DNA of 64,000 nucleotides from a virus, in the IMG/VR virus record IMGVR_UViG_3300042568_000467, positions 1 to 64,000 of that record, one strand, 5' to 3'. Shown here piece after piece: positions 46,525 through 57,135 of this stretch. The position numbers and the translations under genes are program-made. The notes beneath the pieces are model-generated. The model had not been told where the DNA came from. It made no database searches and saw nothing but the letters and a program-made list of their open reading frames with translations. Within the stretch, counting starts at the first letter, position 1; each line of letters opens with the position of its first letter.

Positions 46525-46543
46525 ATTTTTATTATACCATTTA

Positions 46544-47779
46544 TCAGCTATAAATAGAACGTGCTGATATGCTAGTATTTAACCCTTCTTTAAATGAGTT
46601 TGTTACCCTTGTCACTACAAATTTTTGAGTTCCGTCCAAATCATTTTTTGGATAGTTAATGGTGATAATGTCCCCAACAGATATTAATGGATTACTAAAT
46701 ATTTCCATTTCAATAACACGTTGCTGCTTTGACCATTGTGACTGTATCCATGTACCTAAATTTTTAGCATCGTCTTCCCTTTGAATCCATCCAGTTTCAA
46801 AAACTACTGGTTCTGGATTTGTTGTATCGCTTAGCGTATTAGAGGTATACTCATGCTCTCCAGAAACTGTTATAGAATTTCCAACTACTGCAAAAGAATA
46901 CAGGTTGCCGTCCGAGAGCGGAATCATCATTCCAGAATTATTTAAAACAAAAACTTCTGCTCCAAACGAGGTAAGCCTTTGTCCTAGAATAGAGGCTAGC
47001 TTGTTAATTCCAACTGTGGCAAATAGGGGGTCAGCTGGCCTATCTTGATATTTAATTTTTATTTGCTTTAGCTCTCTAGCAGTTGTTCCAAATTCCTCTA
47101 GCCACGCAGTCTGTCCAGAAGAGATATTCTTATTTTCAATAAGCTTATCCCCATACAAGAAGCTCAGAGTTTTAGGACCGTACTTACCCTCATATACGTT
47201 TTGCATGATTCCACTTTTATACTGATCTTCAGTTATTGGAGCAGCATAGATATAATCGTAGTTGACCTTGCCGCTATTTGCAAACATAGCCACGTTACTT
47301 GTCTTGCTTAATGGAGAAGAGCTATCTGTTGTAGTTATCTTATAGCTATTTACATAAGCATCAATTGTTACGGAAGAAGCCCCTACAGAAACATTTACGT
47401 CTAGCTTATATACTGTTCCAGCCAAGATTCCAGTTAATGTTTTTGAAGGAGTAGATTGGCTGTCTGCCAAAATAATCTTCTTGCCATTTACAACTTTATA
47501 AATTTTTATTTCTTTGTCTGCTGAATCAGATAAGTGTGTAGTTGTTTGTACTGAAACATAATATCCAGTATTTCCATTTGAGCTAGTAAAAAACCCTAGT
47601 CCGCCAGAGCTGGTAACATCATTAACGGTCCCTGGAAAAAACATAGCCGTTCCAAATGCGTAGTGGGAGTAAGAAGTTGATATTCCAGAGTTTTTAATTG
47701 CAACAGAATGTTGATTTGGATTTGTGCTATTATTTGTTAAAGAAAACAATGACGTTTGAATTGATCTTTGATTACTCAT
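46544..47779 (-). CDS. minor tail protein (C-terminal hub-like part plus lectin-like domain)
   Basis: C-terminal NPLISVGDIITI...FVVTRV hub-type motif. Confidence 0.6.
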   Translation of the reverse strand: MSNQRSIQTSLFSLTNNSTNPNQHSVAIKNSGISTSYSHYAFGTAMFFPGTVNDVTSSGGLGFFTSSNGNTGYYVSVQTTTHLSDSADKEIKIYKVVNGKKIILADSQSTPSKTLTGILAGTVYKLDVNVSVGASSVTIDAYVNSYKITTTDSSSPLSKTSNVAMFANSGKVNYDYIYAAPITEDQYKSGIMQNVYEGKYGPKTLSFLYGDKLIENKNISSGQTAWLEEFGTTARELKQIKIKYQDRPADPLFATVGINKLASILGQRLTSFGAEVFVLNNSGMMIPLSDGNLYSFAVVGNSITVSGEHEYTSNTLSDTTNPEPVVFETGWIQREDDAKNLGTWIQSQWSKQQRVIEMEIFSNPLISVGDIITINYPKNDLDGTQKFVVTRVTNSFKEGLNTSISARSIYS

Positions 47780-49908
47780 TATTTTATTCCTAACGTACGA
47801 TACCAGTACTCTGCTTGAGCAGCATATCTAGCAGAAGCAGCAGCATCAGATTGAGACCAGCCTTGAGAAGTTAGACTCTTTATATATGCATCAGAATCAA
47901 ACGGGGAGTCTGTTGGAACCTGAGTTGTAGAAACTGTAGCAGTTACGCTGGCGACATTTGTTTGAACTGGAGTAGATCCACTAGTCTCGCTCCATACGGT
48001 ATCGTATCCTGCCCAAGAATTTAATATGTTTTCCTGCTTATAGTGTGCAACTATTTTTGTTCCAAATGCACCTCTTGTTTTTACTCTGTATTTACCATTT
48101 GGCTGATAGTTGCTAGCACCTGGTTGGCTTAATCCAAGATACTTTAGGGCCTCTGAGCCGCTTGTAATATCTTTAGTCTGTGTTACATTAGACAGATCTT
48201 TGTACTCATATTGTATTGCATCGTACTCTATAATTTCTGAATCGATTACAAGGTACCCACTGTATTCATTTAAAATATTATTTTTAAGAGCATCGTTTGC
48301 AACAACTAAATTTAATTTTATATAGGTGCCTGTTCCAGATAAGTCGAATGGACCAACAGATGGGCCAGGAATTGAAGGTATGTCTTGTTCTAAAGAAAGT
48401 GCTCCTAGATTTCTTTCATTAGATGCCCATATAGGTTGAGAGTTTCCAGTATAGTTATTTGTAGTAACGCTTTTCCACAAAACCTTTACCTGATTAGCCG
48501 ATGGCAAATCCTGTTTTTCTAAAGATAGAATGTTTGGCAGGTTACTTCCACTAGCGCTATATCTAAACTCTAAAGGAGTTTTCCCAACTGTGCTAAACAA
48601 ATATTCTCTAGTATAAAATTGTAAGATGTTGTTTTCATCAAACACAGCTACCATTTGAGAATCTCGGCACAGTCTTTGTATCGAATCCCATACCGTTCCA
48701 CCATCATCCGTCCACCAGTATCTTGGTGAAAATATTGATGTGTCGGTAGATGTAATGTTAAAATTATAATTAGTAAATCCAATATTATCCAACAATGTTC
48801 TTACAATTGCTACTGTTGTATAGTCTTTACAAACTATGCTGGGTGCAATCATCTGTTGTAGAATTCTTGCTCCATCAAGAGCAGTCACAGAAATGTTTCC
48901 AAATTCTGATATCGACCAGCTATCTACATAGAACAAGCCTTGATTAATCTTATCGTATTTCCCAGAAGAGTCTGTTATTGCTCCATCGGTATGGTATATT
49001 TTAAAATAAGGAGATAACTCTATTCCTTTATACATATAAGTTTTTGTGGAATCAAAGGACATAGTCTTGTCAAAAGATACGACTTCTCTTGGATCCTCAT
49101 ATGATACAGCTGATAAGCTTAAAGAGTTTGCTGTTACAGATCCTACTGGAAGAATATCATCTGATCCGCTAGAAGTTTCTTTTGTAATATCAAAATCTAC
49201 TACCCTATCTGTAATATCTTTTACCCATCTAGGAGACATTTCAATAAGACCAATATATTTACCGCTAACCCCCGAAGTGGTTACTCTAAGACTTGTCATA
49301 TTAATAGGAGCTGAAATAGAAGTAGGTTCTACTTTTACCCATGATGTTCCATTATAATAAATTGTTACTGTGCCTGCATCTGAGCTGCTAGAAGATTTTA
49401 TATCTGCACTTGTGCCTGTTGCTAGTTGTGTTGATCCACTATATATAGTCCATGTAGATGGAGTAGAATGCCCCAACTCAAATCTAACAACTATTTTATT
49501 TGTTAATATTGTTTTTGGATAGGTAGCTGTTACATCTAATCCAGTGCCTTTATCTGAAACATAGTATTTGTAGGTAGACTCTGCTCCAGGGTAATATGTT
49601 CTATAGCTTAAAGCATACTCACTACTTTTGGGATTTCTATAAGTATTTAAACCAACGTCCCCAACAATAGCATACTTGATTCCCGCCTTTACTGGCCTGT
49701 TTTGTTTAATAACAGAATCTACTGGAAATAGTTTTTTAAATGGGTAGTATACATTATTAGCAGAATCTGTTCTGCTAATATCTGCACCAGATACAACAAT
49801 GTTATCTACCAAAATATTCATATTATATTCTACTGTGCACCCAGCATTTATTATAATTGTAGACTGTTGCTCTAATAGTGTTTTAAGAGAACTTGAGGCA
49901 GATATCAT
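47779..49908 (-). CDS. minor tail protein (hub/Tal-like, N-terminal part)
   Basis: Follows the Dit-like gene; GLFYVDSW, VTALDG, VWDSIQRL...FDENNILQF. Confidence 0.65.
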   Translation of the reverse strand: MISASSSLKTLLEQQSTIIINAGCTVEYNMNILVDNIVVSGADISRTDSANNVYYPFKKLFPVDSVIKQNRPVKAGIKYAIVGDVGLNTYRNPKSSEYALSYRTYYPGAESTYKYYVSDKGTGLDVTATYPKTILTNKIVVRFELGHSTPSTWTIYSGSTQLATGTSADIKSSSSSDAGTVTIYYNGTSWVKVEPTSISAPINMTSLRVTTSGVSGKYIGLIEMSPRWVKDITDRVVDFDITKETSSGSDDILPVGSVTANSLSLSAVSYEDPREVVSFDKTMSFDSTKTYMYKGIELSPYFKIYHTDGAITDSSGKYDKINQGLFYVDSWSISEFGNISVTALDGARILQQMIAPSIVCKDYTTVAIVRTLLDNIGFTNYNFNITSTDTSIFSPRYWWTDDGGTVWDSIQRLCRDSQMVAVFDENNILQFYTREYLFSTVGKTPLEFRYSASGSNLPNILSLEKQDLPSANQVKVLWKSVTTNNYTGNSQPIWASNERNLGALSLEQDIPSIPGPSVGPFDLSGTGTYIKLNLVVANDALKNNILNEYSGYLVIDSEIIEYDAIQYEYKDLSNVTQTKDITSGSEALKYLGLSQPGASNYQPNGKYRVKTRGAFGTKIVAHYKQENILNSWAGYDTVWSETSGSTPVQTNVASVTATVSTTQVPTDSPFDSDAYIKSLTSQGWSQSDAAASARYAAQAEYWYRTLGIK

Positions 49909-50381
49909 TAGACTTCATCCATTGTTAAAGAGACATTCCAATGCGGCTGTGTGCCTCTTTTAACTACGCTAAAGCTGCATTCACTAATAGCAACTGTATA
50001 TGATTCATATCCTGAAGAAGATTGATCTGACCCTGTTTTTGCCAAGTTAATTCTAATATTAAATGTTTTCTTTCCGTCGTCGCTAAGGTAGAATTCTCTT
50101 AAGTCTTCTGCCCCCCAACCGCCATCGACTGTTAAACTTCTATATGAAGGCAGCATTTCCCATGACATAGAAAAACTCCTCTTATCAGCAATATGATTTT
50201 TTCTAAGTGTTCCATTAGATGTTCTAGTCGACATCTCAATTCTTTCAATACCAATTTCTAGCGGGCTTCTATTGTGCTCTGTAACCTTATTCCAAATTTT
50301 AGTTGTGCCAGCAGGAGTAGCAAGCAAGTCCTTGGCTTCTATCCAAAGTACGGAGCCTCTAGGTAAAGATAAAGCTGGCAT
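49908..50381 (-). CDS. distal tail protein-like
   Basis: Immediately downstream of the tape measure; RTSNGTLR...W..L...VSLTMDEV. Confidence 0.6.
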   Translation of the reverse strand: MPALSLPRGSVLWIEAKDLLATPAGTTKIWNKVTEHNRSPLEIGIERIEMSTRTSNGTLRKNHIADKRSFSMSWEMLPSYRSLTVDGGWGAEDLREFYLSDDGKKTFNIRINLAKTGSDQSSSGYESYTVAISECSFSVVKRGTQPHWNVSLTMDEV

Positions 50382-53300
50382 TAGTATTTACCTCCTACAT
50401 TTACTGGTCTACCTAGTGTAGCACCAACTAATTTCATTTTTGCTTCCATAGACTTCATAACATCATCCACTGTAACATTTGTACCATTTAGCTCAATATC
50501 AATATTATATATATTATTGCTATTTGGACTGTTAGAAATATTTGGTATTCTAGTAGTCTGTTGTGATGGGATGTTAAATGCTGTATCAATATTAGGCTTT
50601 ATTACTCCTGGCATTGTAGGCATAAAGATTTCTTGCTGACGACCTAATGAGTTTATTCTATCATTAACCTCATACTTTCGTCCAGGGGTAACTGGTCCGC
50701 CAAGTGATCTACCGAGTGGTTTTGCTCTATCTCCAAATCCCCATCCCGTTTTTAAGACTTCATAAGTCTTTCCGTTAAATTTAAAAAATTCTCCCTTTTG
50801 TAACTTAAGGGCAGATATAATATATTTGTCACCACCATCATTCAGCGTTCCATCTTCATTTACGTACTGAGCAGAAATGCTATCAGTAGGAACTTGTAGA
50901 GGATTACCTTTACTTGTTCTATCACCCATAAAATTATAGGCATTAGCGCCACCAACTACTAATCCCTTGCCCCCAGTAGTACCACTGCCTTTTATATCTC
51001 CAATAAGATTTACAACTGAAGCTTGTACAGACATTTCTTTTACAGTTTTATCTAGTAGATCCTTTGCGCCTCCTGGAGTATTAGAAAATGTTTCTGGAAT
51101 TCTGTGTCTTGCTTTTGCGCCCTTTGGAATTACTTTTTCAACAGACTTTGGTCCTCCAAGATCCCTGTTAAATGATTCTACTCCAGCTAAATCTGTTTTT
51201 TGTTGGGCGCTACCTTCATAGGCATCACCCATGATAAGCTTATTAAAAGCTGCTGAAGATAATGCTTTTTCTAAGCCAGACAGCTTATCCTTAAGACCAT
51301 CAGATTGTGCCTGTAATTTAGATAAGCTTTCGCCTGCAAGCGCTGCTTTATCTGCTAGCTCTTGATTCTTCTTACCTAATTTATCAATCTTGTCTTGAAT
51401 AGGCTTGATGTCTAGCTCTGCTTTAGCAATGATTGCTTCTTCTGCTTTTTTAGTTTGAACTTGATTTGTAAGTTGCTGAATAGCAATTTGAGATCTAGCA
51501 GCAGCATCTTGATCTCCACGAGCAATAGCTTGCTGGTATTCTAATTGTAGTTTTTGTAATTCTAAATTATCATTTTCTGCTTGGCTTTGAGCACGAAGGG
51601 CTTTAATCTTAGCATCAGCAGCATCCTTAATCTTTTTAATCTGTTCATTAAGTCCCTCTATTACCTTTCGGCTATCAATTTGCTGTTTAGCAGATTGTCC
51701 CTGAGCGGCCTTTTGAAGATCTTTAATTCTCTTCTGCAGTCCTTCATACTTTGCATACTGCTCTTTAATCCCAGCAGTGTTTTTAAGAGTAGCTGTAGTA
51801 TTAGAAACAACTAGAGATTGCAATTTTAATGCGGCATTTGCAGCTTCTCCAGAAAGAGTCTGTAGGTCTAAATTAACTCCTTGTAATGCAAGCTGATACT
51901 TTGCCCATGCGGATGTAGCAGTATCTGTAGAATTTAATATTTTAGCAAGTTCAGGATTTTGTTTCTTTAATTCATCCAGAACTTCTTGATTAATTGCTAC
52001 CTGGCCCTTGCCTGTTGTAGCCATCTTCTTTAATACTTGATCCATTGAGTCGCCAAACTCTAACTTATTTTTCTTTGCATTATCTTTTATCGCATTGCCA
52101 ATTCCTTCAAAAGCAATCATAAGTGAATCTGCAGCCGCCTTAGCATCACCATCTGCCATTGCATCGTCAAAATTTCCTGCTGAAGATACTGCAGCATCTA
52201 CTGCTGTTTTTATTGATCCGAACCCCTTTGTTCCAATTGCTCCAGCAGCTAATTGTGCCTTATTGGACTGAGACATAAGGGCATAGACTTTAGCTGTTGC
52301 AGTTTCAACATTATCTCCTAGAGACATAAACTGTGCCTTTAGTCTAGAAGCAACTGCGCCAACTTCAGAGTTACCCTTTTGATTAAATAGCTCAATAAGA
52401 TCTGGCATCTTTTCTTTTGTTTCTTTACGAAGCTTTTTATATTCTGCAATTGTCATCTTAATAGGAATGTTTGCCTGGAACATGCTTTCATAAAGCATGG
52501 TATTTCTTTCTTGTAATGCTTTAGAGTCTGCTACAGCTTTCTTTATATTAGCTCCATAATCAGACATTGAATATCCAGCTTTTTTAATTGCTTCAGATGA
52601 CATTCCATATTCTAGTCTATTTATACGAAGCTCTTCTTGGTGATCCTTGTATAATTTAGTTAGTCCTTTTACTGCAAGTATCGTTCCAGTAATTGCAAGA
52701 CCAACTGGACCAAAACCTTTAGCTAAAAATCCAAGTCCTCTTAGTACTGGGCCAAATCCTTTTGATAGTCCAGTTAGACTGCCTGCCTTTTTAGTGAAAG
52801 CATCGCTTAATTTTGTTGATCCAACACTCAGGACACCCATTTTATTTTTCATTGTATCCATCAATGAATTTACTTTAGGAATCATTCTAAGCATTGGCAT
52901 AAATGTCATTGCCATACCAGCACTGCTCATTAACTGTCCAGCACCGCCACCAATCATTGAGCCTGCGGCCATTAAACCCATACCGCCAAATGATGAGGCC
53001 ATTCCGCCTCCCATAGATGGAGCTGCCTCTACTGGACGCTTGCTTCCTCTTCTTAAATACTGAACTCCCTTTACCATTCCGCCACTATTTAAATATTGAG
53101 TTCCTGGCACCATTCCGCCACTATTCATTCCAAACATTTGCTTTCTTATTTTAGAAGTTGACGGAGTCCATGATTTGTTATCCCAGTTTGCATATTTAGT
53201 TCTTAGAATTTCTCTATCAATTTTACTCAAGCTTTTGCCACCTGTGCTAAGCACATCGCCAGCTGATGATTTAATAAGTGCATCTACAATATCTGGCTCT

Positions 53301-56300
53301 AAAGCTTTTTTAAGATGTCCCTGAGCGTCTTTTACATATCCATATGGCCTTTCTTTTTCAAGATTCTGAATAAGCTTTCCATACATTAAGTTTTGTGCTT
53401 TAGGAGTAAGACCTGAACTACCAAATAGCTTCTTGCCCATACCAATAGACAATGCTGTTGCTCCCCAGTTGTCACCCATTTTGCCAAATCTTGCGCCAAG
53501 GTTTTTAAATGCAGTGCTCTTTAATACATTACCTACTGCTCCACCTCTGTTTAATTTTGTTGTAGAAAATAGTGATGATAGTATTTTTATAAATGGGTTT
53601 GACTCTTCTTTTGAATGATAAAATTTATTTGATTTTGAAGCTTCTAGATTTGAAAACTTAATTGATTTTCCACCAACTTGAATTTGATTTAAAAATCCAG
53701 TAGAGCTTCTTCTTGTTGGATGTGCAAAACTTCCTGGAGATCGTGACCACTTATCCCAAGCCCCTAAACCAATTGGATTACTTGCAAGCTCTTTTCTTAA
53801 CAATTCTTCTGACACAGAATAAACTGGATTATTTTTATCGTTAACTTTACCCATAGACATAACTTTTCTTGCATAAGAATTAAATATTAATTTTGATAGT
53901 CTTCTTTTTTCTGATTTTGAAATTACTCCTGAGTTAACCAATCCATCTAAAAATACATCAGTAGATAATCTTGATCCGCCACCTCTTGCATTTACAGAGG
54001 CAAGGAGCACCCTTGGATCTACGCCTTCGGTTTCCATATCTTTATTTATTTTTGCTGTTGATGCAGAAAATTTTCTACCAGCAACATTGCCTCCAAATAC
54101 ACCTGCATTGCCCTTTGGCTCATAGTATGGAGCATTTGCACGAGATGTTAATCTTCCTGGGAACATTTTGTCTATTAAGTTTTTTGAAACCATTGGCTTT
54201 TGTCCACCAAATTTTGTCATCTTTAAAAATGCTTGTACGATTCCGCCTATATTATATTCACCAGTATTAGACTGCTGTCCGTTATTAATTGCTTGAAGCA
54301 ATGGAAGATTTGCTGCGGTTGCCTCTTTGTTTACAACAAATTCACCTGGAGTAAGCATTGCTGGAACTGTATCTGTATTTCCAGTTCCTGGAACAATATT
54401 GCCTTGATTAAATTTTTTCGGTACTGTTGTTTCAATGTTATATCCAGCGCCAGAAGTTCTTACTCCAAGTATTCCAGATATTTTATTAATAAAATCTCTT
54501 GTTCTTCCCTTTTTGAACAATTCTCTCATATTAGATTTACCAGTAGGATCTACAACTGGCTGATTAAGAGTAGGAACCATTGTTGTGTTAATCGTTCTTC
54601 CCATAGCCCCAGCTTGAGACTGAACTGCAGAAGCAATCATTCTTTCTGTTTCTAAGTTAAGAGCAATAATTTTTGCTTTGGCTGCTTCTACGCTAAGCTT
54701 ACCTGCACGAAGCTCTGCAACAATTAAAGCTGATTCTCTAGCGGCATTGTCTGTAAGCTTTGATACAACTGGAAGAATGTCATCAAACTGCATCATAAAT
54801 TCTTTACTTACTGTGCCAGTTGCTGCAATTGTTTTCTTTAAGGTTTCAATTTCTACCTTTGATTGCATTCCTAAAGTAGCCATCATTGCATGCCATCTTG
54901 CTGCTTCTCCAGAAACTATACCAGTAGATACACCATTTACTGATGTAACTCCAGGAACATTTGGCAAAGGCTCGTTCATATAAATTTGTGGGTTTTGACC
55001 AATTTTTTGATTTACAGGAATTGATCCTGGAACCATTCCAAATATAGTCTGTTGAAGTCTTTGAGCCTCTGTCATTCCAGCTCTTGGGACCATATGAGAA
55101 CTTGCTCTTGTTCCTTGTGCTCCTGCTAATGGATGATCTGGATTTACTACTCTAGAGCCTCCCGCTGCCATCACGAGGTTCCCAGCCATTGTTGAAACTG
55201 CTGGATTAACACTCATCGCACCAGACTTTGCTTTTGCTTCTAGTATTGAAAATTCATCAATTAGATTACCAAGTGCTTGTTTTAATACTGCAGCTGCTTT
55301 TGCATCACTATAAAATGATTGTTCAACTAGTCTTCCTGCTTTTTCTGCAGCAAGCATCTCTGGTGTTAAATACTTCCATCCTTCTCCGCCTTTAAAGAAT
55401 GCCTTCATGTGGAATATACCCTTTAGAATATATCCAAAGAAGTTTGCAAGCACACCAGTTAACATAATTACTGGACCAATCACTGCTGTAAATCCGCCAG
55501 CTAATGCTAGAACTTGCTTTACTGGTCCTGGCAAGTTGTTGGCAAATTGAACTACCTTATCAATAACCTGAATAAGAACTGTATTAATCTTTAAAAACTG
55601 TTCTCCAACTTCAGCTAGAGACGCTCTCAAGCTTTCTATAGCTCTACGATATTTACCTGATGCAGACTCTGTTACAGCTGCTAATTCTCGATCAGCAACA
55701 GATGCTAAGTCTGACGTTGATGTTTTCATCAGATCTAAAACTTTTAGGGTTTGGCTTCCTTCTCTTCCTAAATTTTCAAACAAAGCATTTAGTCTTGAAA
55801 ATTGAAACTTTCCAAACAGCTGCTCTATGGCCTGTTGTTTTTGCAATGGATTAAGTCTGTCTAATGCGCCTTGCAGCTCCATAAGTGTTCCAGTTAAATT
55901 ACCAGCATTGTCATTTACTATTGAAAGTAAATCAATTCCTAAAGCTTTAAATTTTCCTTGTGCAACATCTGTTGGGTTAATCAAAGATGCAAGAGCTGAC
56001 TTTAATGCGTTTGCTCCTTCTGAAGCATTAATGCCACCTTCACGCATAGCAGTTAAATAAAGGGCAAGGTCTTGTACGCTTCCGCCTAATCCCTGAATTA
56101 CTGGACCAGCTTTTGGAATTGCTTCCACTAGGTCATTAAGAGTTGTTGATGTTTGGTTTTCAACTGCGTTAAGAAAGTTAATTGATTGTGAAAGCTCATC
56201 TGTATTTTGTTTAAATGCTGACTGAATTGCAAGTGTAGCTTTCATTGCTTCTTGTCTATCTACTTCACCAAGTACTGCGAGTCTTGTCGTTTCTTTAATA

Positions 56301-57124
56301 GACCCAAGAAGTTCATCTCCAGTTTTTCCAGTTGCTGCAATATCAGCTGCTAGCCCAATTGTTTCTTTAAAAGATACACCCATTGCTGCAGATATTTCTC
56401 TTGAAGTTTTAACTACATCATCTCTAACTCTACCTAGTTCAGCGGCTGAAGTTCCTGCAACATCCCCATAAACCTTTGTTAAACGAACTAGTTCTTGATC
56501 TGCTTCTCTAAATGCTTTTGCTGCTTGCGCTCCAAAAGCTATTAAAGGAACTGTTAATCCTACTGTTAACTGACGACCAGCCCACTGTGTATTTTTACCC
56601 CAGTTAATAAGTTGTCCAGCGCCATCCTGGATTACCTTATTCATAATTTGAAGTTCTTGTCTTGCTATGGCGGTTTTGTTCTTTATTTCATCAAGCCCTC
56701 TTGGAACGTGCACATTGAACTGCATAAGTCCTTGTGCATTTCTGCCTAGCGGTTGTAATACTGAGTTCTGTAAGGCTACTTGCTGTTTTGCTAAATCTCT
56801 TATAAGCCCACCAGATTGCTGTGCATGCTGTCTAAATGTGTTAAAGTATTGATTTAGTTTAAGTTTTCCGCCATCAAGATTTTTACCAAATTTTTCGACA
56901 TCTGATTGTAGGCTTACAAAGTGTGTGGAGTACTGTCCTGTGCTTCTAAGGGTGTCAGAAAACGATCTATTCATTACGGCAATTTGATTTGCCAACATCT
57001 TGTTTGAGTTGGCTAATTGCTCTTGTAATTTAGATAGACTAGAAGTAACCCTATGCACATCGGCGATAAGGGCTGAGAAGTCAGCGTTAGCGACTATTCG
57101 GGTACTTATTGTCTCTTCAGCCAT
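50381..57124 (-). CDS. tape measure protein
   Basis: 2247 aa; TMP core (G.NASEGANALK), DTVPAMLTPGEFVV motif; follows the tail chaperones. Confidence 0.93.
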   Translation of the reverse strand: MAEETISTRIVANADFSALIADVHRVTSSLSKLQEQLANSNKMLANQIAVMNRSFSDTLRSTGQYSTHFVSLQSDVEKFGKNLDGGKLKLNQYFNTFRQHAQQSGGLIRDLAKQQVALQNSVLQPLGRNAQGLMQFNVHVPRGLDEIKNKTAIARQELQIMNKVIQDGAGQLINWGKNTQWAGRQLTVGLTVPLIAFGAQAAKAFREADQELVRLTKVYGDVAGTSAAELGRVRDDVVKTSREISAAMGVSFKETIGLAADIAATGKTGDELLGSIKETTRLAVLGEVDRQEAMKATLAIQSAFKQNTDELSQSINFLNAVENQTSTTLNDLVEAIPKAGPVIQGLGGSVQDLALYLTAMREGGINASEGANALKSALASLINPTDVAQGKFKALGIDLLSIVNDNAGNLTGTLMELQGALDRLNPLQKQQAIEQLFGKFQFSRLNALFENLGREGSQTLKVLDLMKTSTSDLASVADRELAAVTESASGKYRRAIESLRASLAEVGEQFLKINTVLIQVIDKVVQFANNLPGPVKQVLALAGGFTAVIGPVIMLTGVLANFFGYILKGIFHMKAFFKGGEGWKYLTPEMLAAEKAGRLVEQSFYSDAKAAAVLKQALGNLIDEFSILEAKAKSGAMSVNPAVSTMAGNLVMAAGGSRVVNPDHPLAGAQGTRASSHMVPRAGMTEAQRLQQTIFGMVPGSIPVNQKIGQNPQIYMNEPLPNVPGVTSVNGVSTGIVSGEAARWHAMMATLGMQSKVEIETLKKTIAATGTVSKEFMMQFDDILPVVSKLTDNAARESALIVAELRAGKLSVEAAKAKIIALNLETERMIASAVQSQAGAMGRTINTTMVPTLNQPVVDPTGKSNMRELFKKGRTRDFINKISGILGVRTSGAGYNIETTVPKKFNQGNIVPGTGNTDTVPAMLTPGEFVVNKEATAANLPLLQAINNGQQSNTGEYNIGGIVQAFLKMTKFGGQKPMVSKNLIDKMFPGRLTSRANAPYYEPKGNAGVFGGNVAGRKFSASTAKINKDMETEGVDPRVLLASVNARGGGSRLSTDVFLDGLVNSGVISKSEKRRLSKLIFNSYARKVMSMGKVNDKNNPVYSVSEELLRKELASNPIGLGAWDKWSRSPGSFAHPTRRSSTGFLNQIQVGGKSIKFSNLEASKSNKFYHSKEESNPFIKILSSLFSTTKLNRGGAVGNVLKSTAFKNLGARFGKMGDNWGATALSIGMGKKLFGSSGLTPKAQNLMYGKLIQNLEKERPYGYVKDAQGHLKKALEPDIVDALIKSSAGDVLSTGGKSLSKIDREILRTKYANWDNKSWTPSTSKIRKQMFGMNSGGMVPGTQYLNSGGMVKGVQYLRRGSKRPVEAAPSMGGGMASSFGGMGLMAAGSMIGGGAGQLMSSAGMAMTFMPMLRMIPKVNSLMDTMKNKMGVLSVGSTKLSDAFTKKAGSLTGLSKGFGPVLRGLGFLAKGFGPVGLAITGTILAVKGLTKLYKDHQEELRINRLEYGMSSEAIKKAGYSMSDYGANIKKAVADSKALQERNTMLYESMFQANIPIKMTIAEYKKLRKETKEKMPDLIELFNQKGNSEVGAVASRLKAQFMSLGDNVETATAKVYALMSQSNKAQLAAGAIGTKGFGSIKTAVDAAVSSAGNFDDAMADGDAKAAADSLMIAFEGIGNAIKDNAKKNKLEFGDSMDQVLKKMATTGKGQVAINQEVLDELKKQNPELAKILNSTDTATSAWAKYQLALQGVNLDLQTLSGEAANAALKLQSLVVSNTTATLKNTAGIKEQYAKYEGLQKRIKDLQKAAQGQSAKQQIDSRKVIEGLNEQIKKIKDAADAKIKALRAQSQAENDNLELQKLQLEYQQAIARGDQDAAARSQIAIQQLTNQVQTKKAEEAIIAKAELDIKPIQDKIDKLGKKNQELADKAALAGESLSKLQAQSDGLKDKLSGLEKALSSAAFNKLIMGDAYEGSAQQKTDLAGVESFNRDLGGPKSVEKVIPKGAKARHRIPETFSNTPGGAKDLLDKTVKEMSVQASVVNLIGDIKGSGTTGGKGLVVGGANAYNFMGDRTSKGNPLQVPTDSISAQYVNEDGTLNDGGDKYIISALKLQKGEFFKFNGKTYEVLKTGWGFGDRAKPLGRSLGGPVTPGRKYEVNDRINSLGRQQEIFMPTMPGVIKPNIDTAFNIPSQQTTRIPNISNSPNSNNIYNIDIELNGTNVTVDDVMKSMEAKMKLVGATLGRPVNVGGKY

Positions 57125-57135
57125 TTATGTTTATA

